DNA from: a virus
Lineage: Duplodnaviria > Heunggongvirae > Uroviricota > Caudoviricetes
IMG/VR virus record: IMGVR_UViG_2671180568_000001
Length of the DNA stretch: 34,764 nt
Strand: one strand, 5' to 3'
In this document: in pieces, positions 27,556-34,764 of the stretch
Position numbering within the stretch: position 1 is the stretch's first letter
Layout: each line of letters opens with the position of its first letter
The notes under the pieces: model-generated
Seen by the model: the letters and a program-made list of their open reading frames with translations, nothing else
Database searches by the model: none
What the model was told of the DNA's origin: nothing
Program-made: the position numbers and the translations under genes

Positions 27556-29703
27556 CTATGGCGCTGCGGAGAAAATTTCACCTTTGGACGTTCCACGCAA
27601 CCATTTACCGTTAATACAACTTTTGCCACCTGCTATCAGGTGCAGGGCTTCTCCCCGGCTGATGGTAATGCCGGTTGTCAGACGGATCTCGTCGATAGTT
27701 TTTTCTATCGGAGCACTTTGCTCATCTGTTCCGTGGATAAATTTCGGCCTCTTAGGTGGCTTTGGTTTCCTGATTCGGTTCGTCAGCTCTCGCCTTTCAC
27801 GTCGACTCAGGGGTTTTGATAAATCGAGTTCCGGTGGATCGCTTTCGCTTCCCGTACAGTTATTGACAGAACTCCAAGGGACGGCGAAGCCGTCCTTAAC
27901 GTCAACGGCCAAATCAACGGCACGCTTCGGAACAATTTTCCATTGCGTGAGCCGGGTTAAAATCGGAGTGCCAACACCAACGGTGGAGTCGTACACACCA
28001 CGAATGCAGACAGTTTCCTCACCATACTGGTTAAACTCGGTGCGCGGTTCATAAAGCGTACGCACCTGCAAATCATCGCGACGGACAAACGGACCGCCCT
28101 GCGCATTAACATAGCCAGCCCAATCACCGGCATCGGCGGCATCATGGACAGCCGCAAACTCAACACTTAGACCGTGCGCGGTCTCGGTATCTGCAAGGCG
28201 ACGCAATTCACGATAAACAGTCACTGGTGCACCACCGATAAACTGAAACTGACGAATATGCCAGCGCGCCGCCCATGCTGAAACGGCGGGGGCTGTCTCT
28301 TTCAACAGTTCACCGTTTTCGTCATCGGTTTCGTCATCAAGAGCGTAACCGTCGATATTTTTCGAGATGTATTTCGCGACGTAGCCGGTTGCGCTGCCTT
28401 TCTCCGGATCAATGGCTTCTGCGTGGAAACGTGCTTTTTTGGCTTTATCGCTTTTGAGTTCGTGAAAATCTTCTTGCCATGCGTAGTCCCGAATAATGCC
28501 ACGAACGGTATCGACGTCCTCCGGGAGCATAAACATCAGCATATGCCAGTGAGGGCACCCGTCATGGTGAGGCTCTGCAACGCGGATCCCGAAAATACGA
28601 ATGTCTTCACGGTGGAGTTTTGCGCGAATGCGTGCCCACAGGCCAGTGAGATAACATTGCGTATCGGATGGATTGGATCCATTCCATTTGGTGTTACGGT
28701 AGCCTGCCTTTGTCGTGGCGTGATATTTAGACGGTGCGGTCAGGGTGTAAAACTCACCAACATAACCGAGCTCATTGCAGATATTTTCAAACCCACGAAT
28801 GCGGGTCATAAGCTCACAGCGTCGAATCGCAGAGTTAGCGACTGAACCATCGTATTTTTCAATCAGGCTGATACGGTTGCCGTCTTCGTCTTCAAGCTCC
28901 AGACCTTTGAGAAATTCGCGCGTCCGGCGCTTCTGTTCACGCCAGTCTGTCACGCAGTTTTTACTCGCGTAGACATGTTTTTTCTTACTGACATTTCCGA
29001 TTGCGATTTGCAGGTGTTCGCGCCACGCAGCCGCAATGCGACGCAGACGGCCACGCCACCATTTTTCCGAAAACATACGGGCAATTGCTGGAGCGACTTT
29101 ATCCTGATCCCAATATTTATCCCGCGACCGTTCCCACTCTGGTGGCATTATCCTGAATTGCTGAGTGATGAAACCAGCATGCATATACCAGGCATTTAAT
29201 GTCTCCAGTTCACACATGTCAGAATCGTCAATGTTGACTAACTCTGCACGGATAAAATCGGCGATATCAGCAGCCAGCAGGTCGATGTCGGCGCGTGCCA
29301 TATCCGGGAGTCGGTTGTATCTGGCGACTATGTTGACCATGCGAGACGCCAGATATTGCATAAGCTGAGTATCGAAATGACAACCGAAAACAGCGGCTGA
29401 TACGTTGCTGTTAATACCGGTACACTCGTATTTTTTTGCGACCAGTTCAAAACGCGGCAATGCCTTTTTGCAGAAGCTTATTAAAAAAGCATTGGCTCGT
29501 TGACTGCCCTGATTTTGCTCCAGCACCGCAGCAGTGCGATAAACGTCAAAACGTACACACTCGGGCTGGAGGGAAAGCACCTTTCTAGCATGCAGCAAAG
29601 CCGCGAGCATACGGTCGCGGCGATACTGTTGGTCGTAGGTAAGATATGGACTGGCTATTGCCGACCGTGGAGCATTCCACGGAAACGCGAATTGAACAGC
29701 CAA
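27556..29703 (-). CDS. A: replication initiation endonuclease A (rolling-circle initiator)
   Basis: 715-aa ORF in the P2 gpA position with gpA-like sequence character. Confidence 0.9.
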   Translation of the reverse strand: MAVQFAFPWNAPRSAIASPYLTYDQQYRRDRMLAALLHARKVLSLQPECVRFDVYRTAAVLEQNQGSQRANAFLISFCKKALPRFELVAKKYECTGINSNVSAAVFGCHFDTQLMQYLASRMVNIVARYNRLPDMARADIDLLAADIADFIRAELVNIDDSDMCELETLNAWYMHAGFITQQFRIMPPEWERSRDKYWDQDKVAPAIARMFSEKWWRGRLRRIAAAWREHLQIAIGNVSKKKHVYASKNCVTDWREQKRRTREFLKGLELEDEDGNRISLIEKYDGSVANSAIRRCELMTRIRGFENICNELGYVGEFYTLTAPSKYHATTKAGYRNTKWNGSNPSDTQCYLTGLWARIRAKLHREDIRIFGIRVAEPHHDGCPHWHMLMFMLPEDVDTVRGIIRDYAWQEDFHELKSDKAKKARFHAEAIDPEKGSATGYVAKYISKNIDGYALDDETDDENGELLKETAPAVSAWAARWHIRQFQFIGGAPVTVYRELRRLADTETAHGLSVEFAAVHDAADAGDWAGYVNAQGGPFVRRDDLQVRTLYEPRTEFNQYGEETVCIRGVYDSTVGVGTPILTRLTQWKIVPKRAVDLAVDVKDGFAVPWSSVNNCTGSESDPPELDLSKPLSRRERRELTNRIRKPKPPKRPKFIHGTDEQSAPIEKTIDEIRLTTGITISRGEALHLIAGGKSCINGKWLRGTSKGEIFSAAP

Positions 29704-29704
29704 T

Positions 29705-29926
29705 TCATATCCCCCGATAATGCTTTGATTTAAGCTCGGCGATTTGCTGGCAGGTCACGCACAAGCCCACACCCGGAAGCGCGATTCGTCGGGCTTCCGG
29801 AATTGGTACGTCACATACTTCACAGAGGAAACGAGAAGGCACAGTAATACGGCTGCGCGCGTTGTTGATATGGCGCTCGCGCTCGGCTTGTTCGCGCTCC
29901 TGTACTCCATCCATAACATCGGCCAT
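29705..29926 (-). CDS. TraR/DksA-family C4 zinc-finger protein
   Basis: 73-aa ORF with CEVC...CVTC four-Cys motif, immediately upstream of A as in P2/186. Confidence 0.7.
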   Translation of the reverse strand: MADVMDGVQEREQAERERHINNARSRITVPSRFLCEVCDVPIPEARRIALPGVGLCVTCQQIAELKSKHYRGI

Positions 29927-30153
29927 TAGTGCAACTCCTGAGATTCGTTTTCAAAGCGGGTGGCTTCACGGCGCAGCAGTTCAGCGGCTTCTTTGCCGTT
30001 CATGCCTTCTTTGGTTATATGGATAGCCAGCGCCTCAAGACGGATTGAAACGGCGAGTGCACGGTCTTTGCGTTCTTCTTTTTTGGCATCTGTCAGCAGC
30101 ACGGCCAGCGCGTCACTATCAGTATTAAAACTACGGGGTTCGGTATTGCGCAT
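29926..30153 (-). CDS. hypothetical early protein
   Basis: 75-aa ORF with AGGAGAG RBS; start overlaps the next gene's stop. Confidence 0.5.
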   Translation of the reverse strand: MRNTEPRSFNTDSDALAVLLTDAKKEERKDRALAVSIRLEALAIHITKEGMNGKEAAELLRREATRFENESQELH

Positions 30154-30222
30154 AACTAACTCTCCTGATTTCGGGCAATAAAATGCCCGGCGGGTTTACG
30201 CCAGATAATTAATTGTGATTAA

Positions 30223-30432
30223 TTAGCTATAGCCAAATACAACGGCAGGTTTACTTTTCAACTGGCTGATAATTTCAGCTTTCAGGCCATCCTTAAACTC
30301 TTTGCAGCATTCCCACTCAGGGTCAACCCGAAGTATTGCACCGTCGCGAGTTTTAATTTCAAAACCGTCTTCCATATTCGGAATCATGGCTCCTAAAACA
30401 ATTCTTAATTCATCGCGTGACATGTTTAATCC
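30223..30432 (-). CDS. hypothetical early protein
   Basis: Start chosen at MSRDELRIV... (ATG 30432 preceded by AAGGGA); the ORF-track start is a TTG extension. Confidence 0.45.
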   Translation of the reverse strand, partial: GLNMSRDELRIVLGAMIPNMEDGFEIKTRDGAILRVDPEWECCKEFKDGLKAEIISQLKSKPAVVFGYS

Positions 30433-30583
30433 CTTTAATAATAAAGTGGACAATACGAACAATTAAAAAGCCTGACGACTTCGGCGGCTTTGTTTCCAGC
30501 CCTTTTAATAATTCGGACTGTGAGCAGCACGGATGCCAGCGCCTGCCATCTTTCCCCGCAATCCAGCCGTGACCGTAATGCAT
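30410..30583 (-). CDS. possible small early protein (weak call)
   Basis: Internal ATG of ORF 30410..30670 beyond the CII-like stop; no convincing RBS. Confidence 0.2.
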   Translation of the reverse strand: MHYGHGWIAGKDGRRWHPCCSQSELLKGLETKPPKSSGFLIVRIVHFIIKGIKHVTR

Positions 30584-30644
30584 GCCGGGACTTTGCTTAA
30601 CGAGCAGAGAAGCGAATGAAGGTTCATTTTTCAGCACAGGTACC

Positions 30645-31154
30645 TCATACCAAACCGAATGTTGCGCCAATGCCGGTCATGGTGTCGACGACGCTCGACA
30701 TTGCCGGGTTAGCCTGGAGGCGAGCCTGTAACGCCAGCGCCGACAATGACAGCATGCGAATACCGGCGTTAACGCTTTCAACCATGTTGTGTTTACGAGC
30801 AGAGGTCAGGCGTTCATCAGATGCAGCACCGTTCGCCAGTTCGCCGAGTTCGCTCATTGCGCGCATGACATAGGACTGCAATTTATCTTTAGCCAACTCA
30901 TTAACCGGCACACAAGGTAGACAATGGATCTGCGCCAGAAAGCCATCAACGAGGGTTGAGTCTTCGGTCAGATCAGTCAGCAGCCATAACTCAGGCGGTG
31001 TGAACTGGTGAGGCTGTTCCGGGTTAAGTTTGTTACGTAACGTCTGAACATTCATACCCGCATGCTCGGCCAGCTTCGCCATATTGTGACGCTGCGCGAA
31101 AGCCCGGCACGCTTCGTCATAGTGGGGATGTTTGGAAATTTGAAAATCAAACAT
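30645..31154 (-). CDS. 186 CII-like HTH transcriptional activator (alternative: P2 B-like early protein)
   Basis: 169-aa ORF, second gene of the early operon; HTH-like segment MAKLAEHAGMNVQTLRNKLN; size and position fit 186 CII. Confidence 0.55.
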   Translation of the reverse strand: MFDFQISKHPHYDEACRAFAQRHNMAKLAEHAGMNVQTLRNKLNPEQPHQFTPPELWLLTDLTEDSTLVDGFLAQIHCLPCVPVNELAKDKLQSYVMRAMSELGELANGAASDERLTSARKHNMVESVNAGIRMLSLSALALQARLQANPAMSSVVDTMTGIGATFGLV

Positions 31155-31189
31155 GTATTTTCCCTCGCTATCTTAAATAATCGAGTTTC

Positions 31190-31414
31190 TTAGGCTGCCA
31201 CATAGCGGCAATTAAGGCCCTGAGCCAAGAGTCGAGCACGGAAGGCAACCATATTGATACGCGCAGCACCACCGTCTTTTTTACGGGGCATCAGGAGGAG
31301 ATCTCCATCAGCAACCATCTGTTTTACAGTGCGAATGCTGTAGCCGTAGCATTCAGCAAATTCGTCATAAGTCATGAGATCCGCGCCGGACGGGATTGCA
31401 ATTTGTGGAGTCAT
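31190..31414 (-). CDS. Apl/Cox-like excisionase and lytic-operon regulator (HTH)
   Basis: 74-aa first gene of the early operon, facing cI; HTH-like YSIRTVKQMVADG. Confidence 0.6.
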   Translation of the reverse strand: MTPQIAIPSGADLMTYDEFAECYGYSIRTVKQMVADGDLLLMPRKKDGGAARINMVAFRARLLAQGLNCRYVAA

Positions 31415-31539
31415 AAGTAATCATCTCCGGTTACTAGTTGGTTTGGTGCATTGGCGTGCATTTTTAAATTCAAGCGAGAATCTTATCTCGAAAAAGCGAG
31501 ATGTCAATTTGGATTTTCGCGATAACTCGGATTTTTAAG
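31415..31539. promoter_or_regulatory. immunity switch region between apl-like and cI, with alternating CGAGA/TCTCG operator-like repeats
   Basis: Sequence AAGCGAGAATCTTATCTCGAAAAAGCGAGATG contains overlapping 5-bp inverted repeats; exact promoters not resolved. Confidence 0.4.
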
Positions 31540-32118
31540 ATGAAATTGGATGAGTTAGAGGGTGGAAAAGCAGTGCTGCAGCGCATCCTTGATGCGTATG
31601 GCTTCACCATGCAAAAACAACTCGGTGACTTGCATGAGCTGTCATCGGGAACAATCAGCACTTGGGTTCGGCGTAATTTTTTCCCCGGGGATGTTGTTGT
31701 TGCATGCGCTTTGGACACTGGGGTGTCTTTACGTTGGTTGGCAACAGGGAAGGGGAACAAGTTTGATGCAGACCATACTAATGGCGAAATGAAAACATTA
31801 GACCGATTGGATATTGTTGCAGGTAAGCTGCAGGAAAACGGTCATTGGATTGTTGATGCTAACCTCTTTTCTACTGAGGCGACGCACCCCAATTACATAG
31901 TAAAAGGCCAGCAGTCCTGGATAGTTGATTTTGATATGACTGATATAGCAAATGGGCGATGGATGCTCAGTATCGACGGGGATCATGATGTCTATGACGT
32001 TGCAAGGATCCCGGGGAACAGAATAAAAGTCAGCAACGCTGATGCCGATTTTCAATGCTCAGTTTCTGAGGTTAAGTGTATTGGCATGGTGCTGGTAAGC
32101 CTGACGAAATCTAGCTAA
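31540..32118 (+). CDS. cI: 186-type CI immunity repressor (N-terminal HTH, large C-terminal domain)
   Basis: Start at ATG 31540 gives 192 aa, the size of 186 CI; immediately upstream of int in the same orientation. Confidence 0.75.
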   Translation: MKLDELEGGKAVLQRILDAYGFTMQKQLGDLHELSSGTISTWVRRNFFPGDVVVACALDTGVSLRWLATGKGNKFDADHTNGEMKTLDRLDIVAGKLQENGHWIVDANLFSTEATHPNYIVKGQQSWIVDFDMTDIANGRWMLSIDGDHDVYDVARIPGNRIKVSNADADFQCSVSEVKCIGMVLVSLTKSS

Positions 32119-32122
32119 CGAT

Positions 32123-33160
32123 ATGAGTGTTAAAAAACTGACATCGGGTGAATGGCTTTGTGATTTCCGCGTCGACGGGGCTGAAAGTCGCCGCGTGCGT
32201 AAGAAGTTTTCAACCAAAGGTGAAGCCGTTGCCTTCGAGCAGTATTACCGAGAAGAGGCACAAAATAAGCCGTGGATGGGTGAGAAGGAAGACCGTCGAC
32301 GTTTGAGTGAACTGATTGAGCTGTGGCATAACCTCCATGGCCAGTCGCTCGCTGCCAGCAAATCGCGATTGGCCAAACTGCACATTGTTTGCCGGGGTCT
32401 TGGCGACCCAATCGCTACCCAGCTTACCGCCAAAGATTTCGCCCATTATCGGGATAAACGTCTCAAGGGTGAAATCGACAATGGCTATCACGCAAATTCT
32501 GAAAAGTGGATTGCGAAACCTGTGACTGTGAACCGGGAACAACAGTACCTCGAAGCTGTTTTCAATGAGCTGAAGCGCTTGGGTGAGTGGAGTCTGCCAA
32601 ATCCTCTCGAAGGTGTGCGAGTTTTCAAAGAAGCCGAAAAAGAAATGTCTTGGCTTACCCAGCCTCAAATTCGCGAAGTGCTCAATGCTTGTGAGTCATA
32701 CGGGAAAATTTATTTAACCCGTATCGTCAAAGTGTGCTTAGCGACTGGTGCTCGATGGAGCGAGGCCGAGCGTCTTACTCGTTCACAGCTTTCACCCCAC
32801 AAGTTGACTTTCACTAAAACGAAGGGAAAGAAGAATCGTACAGTACCGATCCCTCGGTGGCTATATGACGAGTTGGCTCCTTTACAGGGAAAAATGTTCC
32901 ACCCCTGCTATCAGGAGTTCAAGAAAATGCTCGCTCTGACCGATATAGAGTTAGCTGAAGGGCAAAAAACGCATGTGTTACGTCATACATTTGCGAGTCA
33001 CTTTATGATGAATGGTGGGAACATTTTAGTACTGCAACGAATCTTGGGCCATTCTAACATTAGGGAAACCATGAGATACGCTCATTTTGCACCAGATCAT
33101 TTAGAAGAAGCTGTAACTCTTAACCCTATTTCTAATTTAACAGGATTATATGATGAGTGA
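32123..33160 (+). CDS. int: tyrosine integrase (P2/186 family)
   Basis: 345-aa ORF with C-terminal HVLRHTFASHF...LGHSNIRETMRYAHF catalytic-region pattern. Confidence 0.92.
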   Translation: MSVKKLTSGEWLCDFRVDGAESRRVRKKFSTKGEAVAFEQYYREEAQNKPWMGEKEDRRRLSELIELWHNLHGQSLAASKSRLAKLHIVCRGLGDPIATQLTAKDFAHYRDKRLKGEIDNGYHANSEKWIAKPVTVNREQQYLEAVFNELKRLGEWSLPNPLEGVRVFKEAEKEMSWLTQPQIREVLNACESYGKIYLTRIVKVCLATGARWSEAERLTRSQLSPHKLTFTKTKGKKNRTVPIPRWLYDELAPLQGKMFHPCYQEFKKMLALTDIELAEGQKTHVLRHTFASHFMMNGGNILVLQRILGHSNIRETMRYAHFAPDHLEEAVTLNPISNLTGLYDE

Positions 33161-34079
33161 GCCAACCATCGAAACACCTCCAAGAATGACCGAGGCCAAA
33201 GTCATTAGGGTACGCACTCGTGGTTTTTATAATTTAGTTGAGATAGGTGCAGTCTTTCTAGTTGCAAATGTAATTTTTGCTACAGGGATATTAGACTCAA
33301 CCTTTTATTATTTATTTCCCAGTGCGAGAGCAGATCTTACACATTTGCCGAGCTTTATCAGGTCAATATTCGCAGTGTCATTTGTAATCGTTTACACCAT
33401 TATCTATGGTGTGTCTCCAATCCAAAGAATGTTTATGAGAATTACAGGGAGTGATTCAGTCGACAAATCATCGATGTTTAATATTGTCGATATTATAAAT
33501 GAGATAAAACTACTCAAGAAGGCTCAAGAGGAAAGGGCTGCTGCTGATGAAGATGAATCTCTGGATTTTTATCTTAAAGGTTTGATTAATAGCTCTGAAG
33601 GTCTTGCGAAAAACATATATTCTCGCGGTAGTCTTTATTTATTAGTCGGTGTTTGTTTTGCAATAGTTGGATTAGGTTTCTTCTATTCTCAATCACATGT
33701 AATTGATGCTAAGGATGATGCGGTAACCAAGGTAATGTATCTTCTCCCTAATTTTGGCGTGTTGATTTTCTTGGAGTTAATCGCATTTTTCTTTTTGAAG
33801 CAATATCGGGTTACGATGGATGAGTTTCGCTATTACGAGGCAATAAAACGTTCACGTGAGGAAAGCTATGCCATTATAAAGCTTGTAATGGCTAGCCAGA
33901 AAGATATCGATATGATAGACCTTCTGGATAAAATTAATTTTAGCTCAAGAGTTGGAAAACTAGAATCAGGGCAGACTACTGAAATTATTGAAGCAAGAAA
34001 ATTAGACAAAAATGAACTTGAAACCTTAGTAAAGCTTACCGAGGCAGTTGCGGGTAAGATTGGACAGGGAAATAAGTAG
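33150..34079 (+). CDS. cargo polytopic membrane protein downstream of int; candidate lysogen-expressed exclusion/defence factor
   Basis: AT-rich 309-aa ORF overlapping the int stop by 11 nt; AGGA RBS; at least four hydrophobic helices and a charged coiled-coil-like C-terminus. Confidence 0.65.
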   Translation: MMSEPTIETPPRMTEAKVIRVRTRGFYNLVEIGAVFLVANVIFATGILDSTFYYLFPSARADLTHLPSFIRSIFAVSFVIVYTIIYGVSPIQRMFMRITGSDSVDKSSMFNIVDIINEIKLLKKAQEERAAADEDESLDFYLKGLINSSEGLAKNIYSRGSLYLLVGVCFAIVGLGFFYSQSHVIDAKDDAVTKVMYLLPNFGVLIFLELIAFFFLKQYRVTMDEFRYYEAIKRSREESYAIIKLVMASQKDIDMIDLLDKINFSSRVGKLESGQTTEIIEARKLDKNELETLVKLTEAVAGKIGQGNK

Positions 34080-34236
34080 TGTCCACAATCTGCCCACACA
34101 GCATGTTTATGGCTGCACTTGACTACACTAGTGATACATATAACTAACTGTTTATAATGAAAAATGCATGTTTATCAATGGTATCATGTAAAAGCGTCTT
34201 AACTAAGGTTTCGCTTAAGCGACATCCTGTTAAGAA

Positions 34237-34264
34237 GGGCTGGCCAATTGGCTGGCCCTTTTTT
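34237..34264. terminator. rho-independent terminator GGGCTGGCCAATTGGCTGGCCC + TTTTTT, likely shared by the int operon and convergent yfiB
   Basis: GC-rich hairpin followed by six T on the plus strand, 24 nt from the yfiB stop. Confidence 0.55.
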
Positions 34265-34281
34265 ATCTGTTTGCTCGTGTT

Positions 34282-34764
34282 TTAAGGGGTTGTAATCACC
34301 ACTGCGACGCGGCGGTTCTCGGCGCGGCCCTGGGCGGTCTTGTTACTGGCTATGGGATATTTTTTTCCTAAACCCTGTGTGGTGAGATTGCTGCGTGGAA
34401 TTTGTCCACCAATAGCCCATGCATCGGCCACGACATTCGCCCGTTTCAATGATAAGCCTTCGTTGTAACTGTCTTCACCATAGTTATCGGTGTGTCCATC
34501 CATACGGGCATGTGTTAGCCCTGTCTAGGCCAATTTGGCTGCCATGGTTTGGATCTGTTGCTGGCTTTCCGGGAGCAATTTGTAGTCATTTTTTGCGAAC
34601 AGAATGGCATCTGATAAGCCCAGCGACCAGTCGCCGGCGGATTCAGTAAATCCATAAGATTGCATAGCGGCGACTTGCTCAGGAGTAAACTTTCCCTGAG
34701 GGGACTGGCAGCCAGTCAGTATTAGTGAGGTGAAAATCAGGGGTGCTACCAGGTGCTTTATCAT
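34282..34764 (-). pseudogene. yfiB: yfiB (OmpA-family outer-membrane lipoprotein) interrupted by an in-frame TAG
   Basis: ORFs 34525..34764 (MIKHLVAPLIFTSLILTGCQSPQGKF...) and 34282..34503 (...MDGHTDNYGEDSYNEGLSLKRANVVADAW...NRRVAVVI) are collinear in one frame, separated by TAG at 34522-34524. Confidence 0.6.

Larger units (their letters stand above)
1..34264 (-). mobile_element. P2/186-family prophage; structural operons on minus strand; boundaries not resolved (may extend left of the window; int-side end probably between 34080 and 34264)
   Basis: Complete collinear set of P2-like genes from ogr to int, a cos-like 19-mer, and a host gene (yfiB) only at the right edge. Confidence 0.85.

Noticed and set aside
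27267-27629. 120-aa minus-strand ORF spanning the LexA box and the end of A
   Set aside because: Runs through the regulatory region and overlaps the A stop; composition inconsistent with coding.
30160-30185. Small hairpin (CGGGCA-loop-TGCCCG) upstream of the RBS of the 29926..30153 gene
   Set aside because: Short stem without U-tract; could affect mRNA stability but evidence is too thin to annotate.
30645-31154. Initial reading of the 169-aa early protein as P2 replication protein B
   Set aside because: Companion genes (192-aa CI-type repressor, LexA-controlled locus) point to a 186-type early region where this slot is CII; kept as an alternative at reduced confidence.
1-34764. Search for tRNA, rRNA or other structured RNA genes in the intergenic regions
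   Set aside because: No cloverleaf-like sequence or tRNA-typical conserved blocks recognised in any intergenic region; a tRNA scan would be needed to be definitive.

Overview
Almost the whole window is one P2/186-family myovirus prophage, reverse-oriented relative to the usual P2 map, inserted next to an enterobacterial yfiB gene (34282..34764). Minus-strand order: ogr, D, U, T, E/E' (-1 frameshift), FII, FI, a Hin/Gin-type invertase, tail-fibre cassettes, H, I, J, W, V, S, R, lysis genes, X, L, M, N, O; then P and Q on the plus strand; then cos, replication gene A, small early genes, a 186-type switch (CII-like, Apl/Cox-like, CI) and integrase. Four visibly AT-rich cargo loci interrupt the GC-rich backbone: (1) a 5'-truncated ORF beyond ogr (1..723); (2) a 447-aa protein with a DUF4062-like N-terminus between S and V (14933..16276); (3) a translationally coupled pair, a 327-aa soluble protein plus a 228-aa four-helix membrane protein, between cos and portal gene Q (25146..26812); (4) a 309-aa polytopic membrane protein overlapping the integrase stop (33150..34079). 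Loci 2 and 3 are the best candidates for undescribed anti-phage or abortive-infection functions. The tail-fibre region is a 3.7-kb perfect palindrome (8053..11750) around a 10-N gap, with arms ending at hix/gix-like 26-bp sites; it is most simply an invertible segment captured in both orientations and joined by the assembler. All assignments rest on reading the translations and recalled family knowledge; no searches were run.
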